This document shows positions 27,407 through 36,052 of a DNA stretch of 64,000 nt, piece after piece (the stretch's first letter is position 1; each line of letters begins with the position of its first letter). The DNA is from Terriglobia bacterium (lineage in GTDB: Bacteria; Acidobacteriota; Terriglobia; JAJPHL01; JAPKYU01), in the NCBI GenBank assembly GCA_965223005.1, contig CBDCVK010000003.1, forward strand, positions 32,001-96,000, in the 5' to 3' direction. The translations under genes and the position numbers were made by a program. Under the pieces are notes generated by a model. The model ran no database searches. It saw only the letters and a program-made list of their open reading frames with translations, and had not been told where the DNA came from.

Positions 27407-28219
27407 GTGAAACCGCTAAAGATCTGCATTTTAGGGCCGGGCAACATGGGTCGCATCATCATGCAGCGGCTGATCCACGAAGGTTTCTGCGAGCCGCGCA
27501 ACCTTTCGGTCAGCAAGACACGCACGCCGAAACAACTGGGAGACCGTTTCCCGGGCGTCCGCATTCACCAGGGGAACGCGCGGGCGGTGCGCGGCGCCGA
27601 CATCGTGATTCTGGCCGTCAAGCCGCAGATGTTCGCGGAGGTGGCGCGGGAAATCCACGCCGCGCTGACCGCGCGCCAGCTGGTCATCTCCGTCATGACC
27701 GGGATTGACTCAGCCAGCATCGCGCGCCTGCTCCGACACAAGAAAGTGGTTCGCTGCAGCACCAACATCGCCATTGAGGTCGGTCGCGCGGTCACCTTCT
27801 GGTCGGCGCAATCCTGCGACGAGGCCGATCTGCAACTGGCGCGGGGCATCTTCTCCCACTGGGGACGCGAAGTCTTCACCCAGCAGGAGCGTCACCTGGA
27901 CATCACGATTGTGGGCGTCGGAAGCGCTCCGGCCTTTATGGCTTACATCCTGTGGGGCATGGTGCGCTCGCTGGTGCACCTGGGCCTGCCGGCCGATCTG
28001 GCCAAGGTGGCCACCTTCGGGGTGGCCGAGGGCACCCTGTCGCTGTGCGAGCTGGAACCGGACCGGCACCTGGCCGACTTCATTGACGAGGTCACCACTC
28101 CCGGCGGCATTACCGCCCGAGGACTGCACAAGTTCGATGCCGGCCTGTTCGCCATGCTGACCGAGGCGTACGAGGCCGCCTACCTGAAGGTCATGGAATT
28201 CAAACAGACCGTGGACTGA
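27407..28219 (+). CDS. proC: Pyrroline-5-carboxylate reductase (divergent)
   Basis: GPGNMG Rossmann motif, ILAVKPQ, GSAPAF, VTTPGGIT; SD GGAGG. Confidence 0.85.
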   Translation: MKPLKICILGPGNMGRIIMQRLIHEGFCEPRNLSVSKTRTPKQLGDRFPGVRIHQGNARAVRGADIVILAVKPQMFAEVAREIHAALTARQLVISVMTGIDSASIARLLRHKKVVRCSTNIAIEVGRAVTFWSAQSCDEADLQLARGIFSHWGREVFTQQERHLDITIVGVGSAPAFMAYILWGMVRSLVHLGLPADLAKVATFGVAEGTLSLCELEPDRHLADFIDEVTTPGGITARGLHKFDAGLFAMLTEAYEAAYLKVMEFKQTVD

Positions 28220-28263
28220 GGCGCAGCGCCGACAGCATCTTGCAGGCCACACGCAGATTTTGT

Positions 28264-28965
28264 ATGAGCGATTCACCGGCCCGAGCTGGAGCCATAAGCA
28301 AAGCGCTGCTGGCGCAGATGGTCCTGTCGCCGGGTCTGGCGTTGGGCTTGGTGTTGGTAGGCTGGGGACTCGACGCTCCAGGCGCCTACTTTGCACATCC
28401 AGCGCGCGCCGCATTCTTTGCGCTAGCCGTGCTCGGCGCCATCCTGGTTCTGGTGTTGGCGCCGGACGTCGAACTGTATCGCAAAGGCCAGCGGCCGGTG
28501 GGACGGCAGCGGTGGCTGCTGGGCGGGCTAATCGTGGGGGCGATGTTTCTGATCTGGTTCGTCGCCTGTGCTGACCGCCGAAGTTTGCTGACGTTCGGCG
28601 ATAGCGCCGCCCTGCGCTACTTTGGGCTGGTGCTCTACGCCGGAGGCAATGCGGTGGCGCTGGTGGCGGTGCAAACGCTCGGCAAGCAGTACAGCGGCTA
28701 CATCACCATCCAGGACGACCACCAGCTGGTGCAGACCGGAATCTACGCCCTGATCCGCCACCCGATTTACTTGCGGGCGCTTCTGATCGCGGTAGGCTGG
28801 CCGCTGGTATTCCGCAGTTGGCTGGTGTTCCTGCTGGTGCCGCTGCTGACCCTCTTCGTAGCTGTGCGCATCCGGCAAGAGGAGAAGCTACTGGCCGAGC
28901 ATTTCGGCGCCGAGTTCGAAGTCTACCGACGTCGCACCTGGCGGCTCATGCCCTACGTCTACTAG
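28264..28965 (+). CDS. Isoprenylcysteine carboxyl methyltransferase/PEMT family membrane methyltransferase
   Basis: HQLVQTGIYALIRHPIY, RIRQEEKLL..FG..F..YRRRTWRLMP. Confidence 0.88.
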   Translation: MSDSPARAGAISKALLAQMVLSPGLALGLVLVGWGLDAPGAYFAHPARAAFFALAVLGAILVLVLAPDVELYRKGQRPVGRQRWLLGGLIVGAMFLIWFVACADRRSLLTFGDSAALRYFGLVLYAGGNAVALVAVQTLGKQYSGYITIQDDHQLVQTGIYALIRHPIYLRALLIAVGWPLVFRSWLVFLLVPLLTLFVAVRIRQEEKLLAEHFGAEFEVYRRRTWRLMPYVY

Positions 28966-29041
28966 CGAGAATGCCTAAACCGTCGTAATGCATCGGGTTC
29001 TCAATAGCGGACAGACTCTCAATTTGAGATAGAGGGTAATC

Positions 29042-30145
29042 ATGAAATCCGGTCTTCCAGAGGTGAGGGTTCTTCAGCGACGAAAAGCGGCACTGGTGCT
29101 GGCAGCTCTGATTGCTGCCGCCGGAGTCATCTGGCGTGTCCATGACGGGGTTACCTTGGCGCTTCTTGTGGCCGCCGCAGGTCTGATTTGGTCCAGCCGT
29201 GAATGGAAAGCTTGGCTGGTGTCCGGCGCAATGGTAGCCGGGAGCTTACTATGGTCCCACACAGATGAGATCGGCTGTTCGGCATGGTGGCGGGCCAGCG
29301 TCGTCTATGAACAACTGCGCGGCCACCTTCCCTATATCGAGTGGGACGATGTTCAGCGTAAGACCTTTGGACCGTGCTATGGGCTCAACAAGCCCCATCC
29401 GGAAGTCGAAAAGAGTATCCATCAGGTCGAAGAAAGAGTTGTGGAGGGACGCAAATGGGAGCTTTATCAAACCGGGCTGGGACGCTTCTGGATGCCGGCA
29501 CCGGGTAAAGACCTCCTTACGTTTCTCCTCTGGGAGTTGACTGTGCAGCGCGACTACGAGAGCGGGCAGGCCGCGATCCGGCAGGGGGATACGGTCGTGG
29601 ATTGCGGCGCTCACGTCGGCCTCTTTACCAAGTTCGCTCTACGGCAAGGAGCTGATCGGGTGGTTGCCATTGAGCCGGATCCTACAAACGTCGCCTGCCT
29701 GGAGTCCAATCTTGGCCGGGAGATTGCAGAAGGCCGTGTCATCGTGGTGAAAGCAGGACTATGGAACAAAAAAACCCGTCTCACGCTCTATGAGTCCCTA
29801 GATGGAAATTCCGGAAAAAACACGTTCGTGGGGGAACTGCCAAACGCGAACAAGATTGAAGGCCTTCCTGTGCTGCCGCTGGATGACATCGTCGCGAACC
29901 TCAAACTCGATCGGGTGGATTTCATCAAAATGGATATCGAGGGTTCCGAACGCTTCGCGCTTCAAGGGGCCACCGCGACTCTCCGACAATTCAAGCCTCG
30001 CATGGCCGTCAGCGTGTATCACTCGTCGGACGATCCGACGATCATACCTGCGCTAGTCAGGCGGGCCCAGCCCGATTACCAGATTCATGCCAAGGACATC
30101 GAGACAATGGGACGAGTACGGACCAAAGTCCTCTTCTTCGATTAG
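29042..30145 (+). CDS. FkbM family methyltransferase with N-terminal TM segments
   Basis: VVDCGAHVG, AIEPDP, DFIKMDIEGSE, SVYH. Confidence 0.88.
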   Translation: MKSGLPEVRVLQRRKAALVLAALIAAAGVIWRVHDGVTLALLVAAAGLIWSSREWKAWLVSGAMVAGSLLWSHTDEIGCSAWWRASVVYEQLRGHLPYIEWDDVQRKTFGPCYGLNKPHPEVEKSIHQVEERVVEGRKWELYQTGLGRFWMPAPGKDLLTFLLWELTVQRDYESGQAAIRQGDTVVDCGAHVGLFTKFALRQGADRVVAIEPDPTNVACLESNLGREIAEGRVIVVKAGLWNKKTRLTLYESLDGNSGKNTFVGELPNANKIEGLPVLPLDDIVANLKLDRVDFIKMDIEGSERFALQGATATLRQFKPRMAVSVYHSSDDPTIIPALVRRAQPDYQIHAKDIETMGRVRTKVLFFD

Positions 30146-30247
30146 CCAGCTTGGGACTGGCTTCCCAACACGTTTCGATGATCCGCCTCTCACCGGCCAA
30201 CTTCCAAAATGTCCGTTAGGCCCCAAGCAAGTGGCATAATCCGAGGC

Positions 30248-30883
30248 ATGAATACCGAAATCACTCATCCCGACGTGGAGAGCTATCTTTACAACCTGTT
30301 ACCGGCGCGGGATGCGGTCCTGGAAGAGATGGAAGCCTATGCTCGCGAGCATCGCATACCCATCGTCGGCCCGGCGGTGGGACGCTTGCTTTACCTGCTG
30401 GTCAAGTTAGGGGGCGCGCGCCGCATCTTTGAATTGGGCTCGGCGATTGGCTATTCCACCATCTGGCTGGCCCGTGCCGCCGGTGAGGGCGCTGAGGTGT
30501 ACTACAGCGATGGCAGCCGGAGCAACGCCCGGCGCGCCGGCCAGTATCTGGAGCGCGCCGGCGTCAGTCACATCGCGCGCATCGCCGTGGGGGATTCCCT
30601 GGAACTACTCCGCGCCACATCCGGAGAGTTCGACTTGATCTTCAACGATGTGGACAAGCACCAGTATCCAGAAGTCTTCCCGCTGGCCTTGTCGCGCCTG
30701 CGCCGGGGCGGCCTGCTGGTGGCAGACAACACGCTCTGGTTCGGCCGCGTAGTGCGCCTGCGACGCCCAGACCGCGACACTCGAGGCATTCAGGAATTCA
30801 ACCGCCTGATCTACTCCACTGCGGGGCTGCACACCGTCATCATCCCGTTGCGCGACGGCGTCTCCGTTTCGCTCAAGCTGTAG
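30248..30883 (+). CDS. O-methyltransferase (caffeoyl-CoA OMT/YrrM-like family)
   Basis: FELGSAIGYSTIW, FDLIFNDVDK, LVADNTLW, IPLRDG. Confidence 0.88.
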   Translation: MNTEITHPDVESYLYNLLPARDAVLEEMEAYAREHRIPIVGPAVGRLLYLLVKLGGARRIFELGSAIGYSTIWLARAAGEGAEVYYSDGSRSNARRAGQYLERAGVSHIARIAVGDSLELLRATSGEFDLIFNDVDKHQYPEVFPLALSRLRRGGLLVADNTLWFGRVVRLRRPDRDTRGIQEFNRLIYSTAGLHTVIIPLRDGVSVSLKL

Positions 30884-31073
30884 TGACTCTGCGAGAGAAC
30901 GGGGCAGTGCTTGGGCAGGCAGGCCCGTCTGGCCATGCACGGACTGCTTCACTCGATAATGGAGTACTCGGCAGACAACAAATTCGATAGAAAGCCTGAA
31001 ACCCCTCTGGCACTATAAGTGGTGAGGTTACTTGATTTCGGGTGCCCCTTTTTACTTCTTCGGAGGAGGCGTT

Positions 31074-31661
31074 ATGTCAGCGACCGATGCTTTGCGCGCT
31101 AAAGTTCGGGAGGAACTGCCGGAGGTTGAGGAGATTTCTAGTTCGGAACTGCAGAAGAAAGTGGTGGAGGCTTGGGCAACGTCCTTAGGCGGCAGCAGCT
31201 TTGGAGCGATTGCAGAGATCAAGCCGTCGGGGAATCCCGATACGCCACCGCTGAAGACAGGGACGCAGACGGACCACATCCGCGGGGTGACACGGCTAGC
31301 AATGGTGATTGCCGGTGAGATGATGGCCATGTTTCCGGATTTGAGAATCAACCGGGACGTATTGATTGCCGGGGCCTTGTGCCATGATGTGGGCAAACCC
31401 TGGGAGTTCGATCCGAAGAACCAGGCGCGCTGGAAGGGGGCGCCCCGAGCGGCGGGATTTCCCTCCATCCGGCATCCGGCCTACGGCGTGCACATCTGTC
31501 TTAGTGTGGGACTTCCGGAGGCGGTGGCTCATATGGCCGGAGCGCATTCGGGCGAGGGCGAGCTGGTGGTGCGGAGTTTGGAGAATACGGTCGTGCATCA
31601 TGCCGACTATGCGTTCTGGCGCACGTTGGAAGCCGGAGGGCTTTTGCATAGTGACGACTGA
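31074..31661 (+). CDS. HD-domain (HDIG-like) metal-dependent hydrolase
   Basis: SD GGAGG; DHIRGV, LCHDVGK, RHPAYG, AGAHS, HHAD. Confidence 0.85.
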   Translation: MSATDALRAKVREELPEVEEISSSELQKKVVEAWATSLGGSSFGAIAEIKPSGNPDTPPLKTGTQTDHIRGVTRLAMVIAGEMMAMFPDLRINRDVLIAGALCHDVGKPWEFDPKNQARWKGAPRAAGFPSIRHPAYGVHICLSVGLPEAVAHMAGAHSGEGELVVRSLENTVVHHADYAFWRTLEAGGLLHSDD

Positions 31662-31717
31662 AGACAGCACCTGCGCCGGTTTTATCCAGGTCGGCCTAAG
31701 CGCAAGTTAGGTGGAAC

Positions 31718-32215
31718 ATGGGTAATCCTGGCGAGCAAGCATTTGTCTACACGATCCGGGATAGGAAGACCGGCCGGGATGAACACTATGTCTCTCTGGT
31801 CCCTCATGATGTCGTCTTTCGACGCGGCCTTCCCGCCGAAGCCATCCTGGGCAAGCTTGTCGACGGTCCCGATTTCTTCGATGTCGAACACTTCGCGCCG
31901 AATGTGCGATTCATCGAGTTTCTTCATGACTTCATCGCCCGACACGCTGCGAATTGTCCTGGTGTGGTAGCGGAAGCCAAGCGACTACGGGACGGTTACG
32001 TCTACATCATCGATGCTCGGACATCTACGCCGGAGGGAGGGGTGCCATCACAAGACATCATTGGCGCCGTCGAAGTCCACGCTGGCGCGGTGACTGGCTA
32101 CCAAGGCAACCCCAACTACCAGCTCTTCACGGCCAACGGCTTGATGATGCTAGAGTCTTGGTTTCGAAGTAGGCTACTGGAGGAGATCGAGAAGATGCTG
32201 GACGAGTCCACCTAA
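31718..32215 (+). CDS. Hypothetical protein
   Basis: 165-aa ORF with globular composition filling the gap between same-strand genes. Confidence 0.7.
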   Translation: MGNPGEQAFVYTIRDRKTGRDEHYVSLVPHDVVFRRGLPAEAILGKLVDGPDFFDVEHFAPNVRFIEFLHDFIARHAANCPGVVAEAKRLRDGYVYIIDARTSTPEGGVPSQDIIGAVEVHAGAVTGYQGNPNYQLFTANGLMMLESWFRSRLLEEIEKMLDEST

Positions 32216-32244
32216 CACACCGGTGCAGCGGTTAGACAAACGCC

Positions 32245-32595
32245 ATGCCCATCTCGCTGAAACGTGCCTACGAGACCCCGTCACGATCGGATGGCTGCCG
32301 CATTCTTGTCGAACGGCTGTGGCCCCGCGGTCTCTCGAAGCAGGAGGCGAAGATCGACCTCTGGCCCAAGGAGGCTGCTCCCTCCACCGAATTGCGGCGC
32401 TGGTTCAATCACGAGCCGGCCAGGTGGACAGAGTTCAAGCGCAGATACTTCAAGGAGTTGCGCGCCCGACAGGAGTCGCTGCATCCCATCCTCGAGCGCG
32501 TCCGAGCTGGTCGGGTCACCTTCGTCTTTGCCTCACGGGAGTCGCGGTTGAACAACGCCGTCGCTCTCAAGGAGTTCGTGGAGCGTACAACCTGA
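32245..32595 (+). CDS. DUF488 family protein (YeaO-like)
   Basis: LKRAYE..DG.RILVERLWPRGLSK, APSTELRRWFNH, NNAVALKE. Confidence 0.9.
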   Translation: MPISLKRAYETPSRSDGCRILVERLWPRGLSKQEAKIDLWPKEAAPSTELRRWFNHEPARWTEFKRRYFKELRARQESLHPILERVRAGRVTFVFASRESRLNNAVALKEFVERTT

Positions 32596-32688
32596 ATGAA
32601 CACCGCGGCACCAAAAGCGAGAGAAGAGTCGTGCAGCTCGCGGCTAAACGGCACCCTTGCCGGAGACTGACCCGCTACCCCCGCGGGG

Positions 32689-32718
32689 TTGACTGTTGGT
32701 CAAGGGCAGGGCGACAAT
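32689..32718 (+). promoter_or_regulatory. Sigma70-like promoter for a leaderless operon start
   Basis: TTGACT-N18-GACAAT, 6 nt before ATG 32725. Confidence 0.5.
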
Positions 32719-32724
32719 GCCCAC

Positions 32725-34044
32725 ATGATTGAACAGTTGCTCTTACATCCAGTCCGGTCGCTGCACGCCACCGCCCCGGGTATTGCGGAAGTGGACCCGG
32801 CGGTCCGCCGTGCCTTTCAGGCCGTGCCGGAAGTCCTGACCGGCATTCCGGAGGGCGCGCCGGTGGCCGTCACCTGCGGCAGCCGCGGCATTGACCGGAT
32901 CGCGGCGGTCGTGCGGGCCGCCTGTGCCGTGTTGCGAGAAGCTGGCGCGCGGCCCTTCGTGGTTCCGGCCATGGGGAGCCACGGCGGCGCCACAGCGGAG
33001 GGACAGCGCCGGCTGCTGGCCGACCTAGGGGTCACCGAAGAGCTGGTGGGCGCCCCGGTAGTCTCCTCGATGGAAACGGTTTCGCTTGGTCGGACTCCCG
33101 AGGGCTTTGAGACCTTCATGGACCGCGCCGCATGGGAGGCCGGGCGGGTGCTGGTGCTGAACCGGGTCAAGCTCCACACCGACTTTGAGGGGGAGGTGGA
33201 AAGCGGCCTGCTGAAGATGATGACGGTGGGGTTAGGCAAGTTGGAAGGAGCCACCAGCTTGCACAAGAACAGTCTTCGCAGCGGATTCTCTGAGGCGATC
33301 CTTCCCATGAGCCGCCACGTGGTGGCCAGTGGCCGCATCCTGGCTGGGTTGGGCCTGGTGGAGAACGACCGGCACAGATTGTGCGAAGTCGCCGCCGCGC
33401 CCGCTGCCGACCCCGCTGCCGGCCCTGCTGCTGGCATCGAAGGGCTGGACCGTCGCTTGCTGGCTCGATCCCGGCAGTTGCATCCCAAGCTGCCCTTTTC
33501 CTCGCTGGACCTGCTGATCGTGGATGAGATCGGCAAGAACATCAGCGGCGTGGGAATGGACACCAAGGTGATCGGGCGCAGTGTCCATCCCGACCGCTTC
33601 CCGCTGGACGTGGAGCGCTCCATCCGGATCCGTCGCATCTACATCCGAGACCTAACACCGGAAAGCGAGGGCAATGCCTCCGGCATAGGCCTGGCCGACG
33701 CGATGCACGAGCGCATCGGCCGCAAAGCCGATTTCCACGTCACCTACACCAATGTGCGCACCGCGCTCGCGTATGTGCCTGCCCGCATGCCCATCTCTTT
33801 CCCAAGCGATCGAGCAGCGCTGGATTTTCTGCTGAGCAACCTGGGCTCGCCTGAGACCGAAACGGTGCGGGCCGCCTGGATTCGCAACACCTTGTCGATG
33901 GCCACGCTCCTGGCCACGCCTCCCTGCGTGGCCGAGCTGGCTGGCAACCCCAACTACGAAGTGCAACCCGCGGTGGCATTGGAATTTAACGAGGCGGGCG
34001 ATCTGAAAACAGGTCCTCCGGTCCTGGCCGAAGCCACCCTGTAA
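32725..34044 (+). CDS. LarA-like N-terminal domain (DUF2088/DUF362-type) protein
   Basis: GSRGI, PAMGSHGGATAEGQ, NRVKLHTDF, ESGLLKM..VGLGK..GA..H, IGKNISG.GMD..VIGR, GNA.GIGLAD. Confidence 0.8.
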   Translation: MIEQLLLHPVRSLHATAPGIAEVDPAVRRAFQAVPEVLTGIPEGAPVAVTCGSRGIDRIAAVVRAACAVLREAGARPFVVPAMGSHGGATAEGQRRLLADLGVTEELVGAPVVSSMETVSLGRTPEGFETFMDRAAWEAGRVLVLNRVKLHTDFEGEVESGLLKMMTVGLGKLEGATSLHKNSLRSGFSEAILPMSRHVVASGRILAGLGLVENDRHRLCEVAAAPAADPAAGPAAGIEGLDRRLLARSRQLHPKLPFSSLDLLIVDEIGKNISGVGMDTKVIGRSVHPDRFPLDVERSIRIRRIYIRDLTPESEGNASGIGLADAMHERIGRKADFHVTYTNVRTALAYVPARMPISFPSDRAALDFLLSNLGSPETETVRAAWIRNTLSMATLLATPPCVAELAGNPNYEVQPAVALEFNEAGDLKTGPPVLAEATL

Positions 34045-34046
34045 TC

Positions 34047-35090
34047 ATGCGTCCGGCCATTATTGCCGACGACCTGACCGGGGCCTGCGATTCTGCCGCT
34101 CGTGCAGCGCTGGCCGGCTGGCACCCGTTAGTTCTGCCAGCCGGAGGACGGGCAGGCTCTCCCCCGAATGCCATCGAGGCCGGAACAACCCACACCCTCT
34201 TGGTGGTCTCCACGGCCACCAGAAATCAGCCACCCGAGCCGGCAGCGAAAGCCGTGGCGGAAGTGGCGCGAGCTTTGTTGGCCGGCGGTGCTTTGCCCAG
34301 TTTCAAGAAGATTGATTCCACCCTGCGCGGGCCGTGGGCTGCAGAAGTGGCCGCGCTGCGGCAGGTCATTGGGGCGCAGGTCGTAGCCGTTGCACCTGCG
34401 TTCCCGGCCTGCGGGCGCATTGTGCGTAGCGGCATGGTGTACGCCGATGGGAAGCCAGCGGGCGAGCTGGCCCCCGCCCTGGCCGACGCCGGTGTTGCCG
34501 ACGCATTAATCGAAAATGCGGAGAGTGACAAGGACCTAGCCGCATTCGTCGAGTCGATCGCCCGACGTCGGGCCACGGTGTTATGGGTGGGCTCGGCTGG
34601 TTTGGCGCGCTTCGCGTTTGGCCCACCCCCGGCGGGCGAGCAAACCCGCGAACTGCCCTCACCTAGGTCCACCTCACCCAGATTCATCGAGGCCGCGCGC
34701 TGGCTGATCGTGGCCGGCAGCACCCACCCGGCCACCCTGGCCCAGGTGGAGGCGGCGCAAGTGGGGGTCCGGGACGCCGTTGGAGTTGCGGTAGAGGTGG
34801 TCAGCCAGGTTCCTAAAGCTTTGGAGCGTGACACCGGACTGTTCCTCATTGGCGGCGATACAGCCGAGGGCGCAGTCGGCGCCCTCCAGGTAGAAGCGCT
34901 GGAGGTGTTCGGCGAAGTACTTCCGGGGGTAGCTACGGGCCGGATGCTTGGCGGGCGGGCCGACGCCGTTCCCTTTCTTAGCAAAGCCGGCGGCTTCGGC
35001 CGGCCCGACGCTCTGATCCAGGCCATCGCCCTTGCCATGTCAAACCCGAGCGGGCAAGCGGCTGAGCTCATCGGCCATTCGCGATCATGA
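34047..35090 (+). CDS. Four-carbon acid sugar kinase (DUF1537 family)
   Basis: IADDLTGACD, KKIDSTLRG, APAFP, GSAGLA, GGDTA, KAGGFG. Confidence 0.9.
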   Translation: MRPAIIADDLTGACDSAARAALAGWHPLVLPAGGRAGSPPNAIEAGTTHTLLVVSTATRNQPPEPAAKAVAEVARALLAGGALPSFKKIDSTLRGPWAAEVAALRQVIGAQVVAVAPAFPACGRIVRSGMVYADGKPAGELAPALADAGVADALIENAESDKDLAAFVESIARRRATVLWVGSAGLARFAFGPPPAGEQTRELPSPRSTSPRFIEAARWLIVAGSTHPATLAQVEAAQVGVRDAVGVAVEVVSQVPKALERDTGLFLIGGDTAEGAVGALQVEALEVFGEVLPGVATGRMLGGRADAVPFLSKAGGFGRPDALIQAIALAMSNPSGQAAELIGHSRS

Positions 35091-36052
35091 GGCTTCCCCG
35101 GATTGGCATCAGCTTGGGCGACCCTGCGGGAATCGGGCCCGAAGTGACTGCCAAAGCCCTGGCCCGCAAGTCCCTGCGCGAGCAGGCGGAGCTTTCCCCC
35201 ATCGGGCCGCCTTCGGTGCTCGCGCATTGGGGTCTGAGTGGCCCGCATGCCGTTCCCGCCGGCAACCTGGAGTGGTCACAGGTTCGTCCCGGGCAGGTCA
35301 GCGCCGAATATGGTCACGCAGCACTGGAGGCGGTTCGCGCCGGGGTGCGGTTGTGTCTCGCGGGGGAATTAGACGCATTGGTCACCGGCCCCATTCACAA
35401 GCGCGCGGCCCAATTGGCGGGGATAGGATTTCCCGGGCACACTGAATTCATTGCCGCGCTCTGCGGGCATCCGGAAGTGCGCATGCTGCTGGCCGGGGAA
35501 CGGCTGCGCACCATCCACGTCACCACTCACCTGGCACTCGGCGAAGCCTGCCACCAGGCGACCGCGGCTCGCGTCTGGCGCACCATCCAACTCGGTAACG
35601 AAGCCATGCGGCTGCTGGGCTTCGAGCAGCCGCGCATCGCCGTCGCCGGGCTGAATCCCCACGCGGGCGAGGAGGGGATGTTCGGAGAAGAAGACCGCCA
35701 GCAGATCGCGCCGGCCGTTGAGCAGGCCCGCGCCCAAGGCCTGCCAGCCTGCGGCCCGTTGCCTCCGGATACGGTTTTCCTGCGGGCCTGGCAGGGCGAG
35801 TTTGACCTGGTGGTGGCCATGTACCACGACCAGGGGCACATCCCAATGAAGCTGGTGGAGTTTGACAAGACCGTCAACATCACCGTCGGATTGCCGATTC
35901 TGCGCACCTCGGTGGACCACGGTACCGCCTTCGACATCGCCGGGCAGAACCGCGCTCGTCCGGAAAACATGGTAAGCGCTATTGAGGTGGCCATCCGCCT
36001 GGCCTCCCGCCGCAAATCCGTCGAAGCCCACCGTCCTGCCCGCTCCCAGTGA
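35087..36052 (+). CDS. pdxA: PdxA family dehydrogenase (PdxA2-like, tetronate 4-phosphate dehydrogenase)
   Basis: GDPAGIGPE, GHTE, VTTH, GLNPHAGE, MYHDQG, RTSVDHGTAFDIAG; coupled to a DUF1537 kinase. Confidence 0.92.
   Translation: MRLPRIGISLGDPAGIGPEVTAKALARKSLREQAELSPIGPPSVLAHWGLSGPHAVPAGNLEWSQVRPGQVSAEYGHAALEAVRAGVRLCLAGELDALVTGPIHKRAAQLAGIGFPGHTEFIAALCGHPEVRMLLAGERLRTIHVTTHLALGEACHQATAARVWRTIQLGNEAMRLLGFEQPRIAVAGLNPHAGEEGMFGEEDRQQIAPAVEQARAQGLPACGPLPPDTVFLRAWQGEFDLVVAMYHDQGHIPMKLVEFDKTVNITVGLPILRTSVDHGTAFDIAGQNRARPENMVSAIEVAIRLASRRKSVEAHRPARSQ

Noticed and set aside
29000-32600. Prophage or integrative element
   Set aside because: Composition looks somewhat atypical, but no integrase, transposase, tRNA target or flanking direct repeats were found
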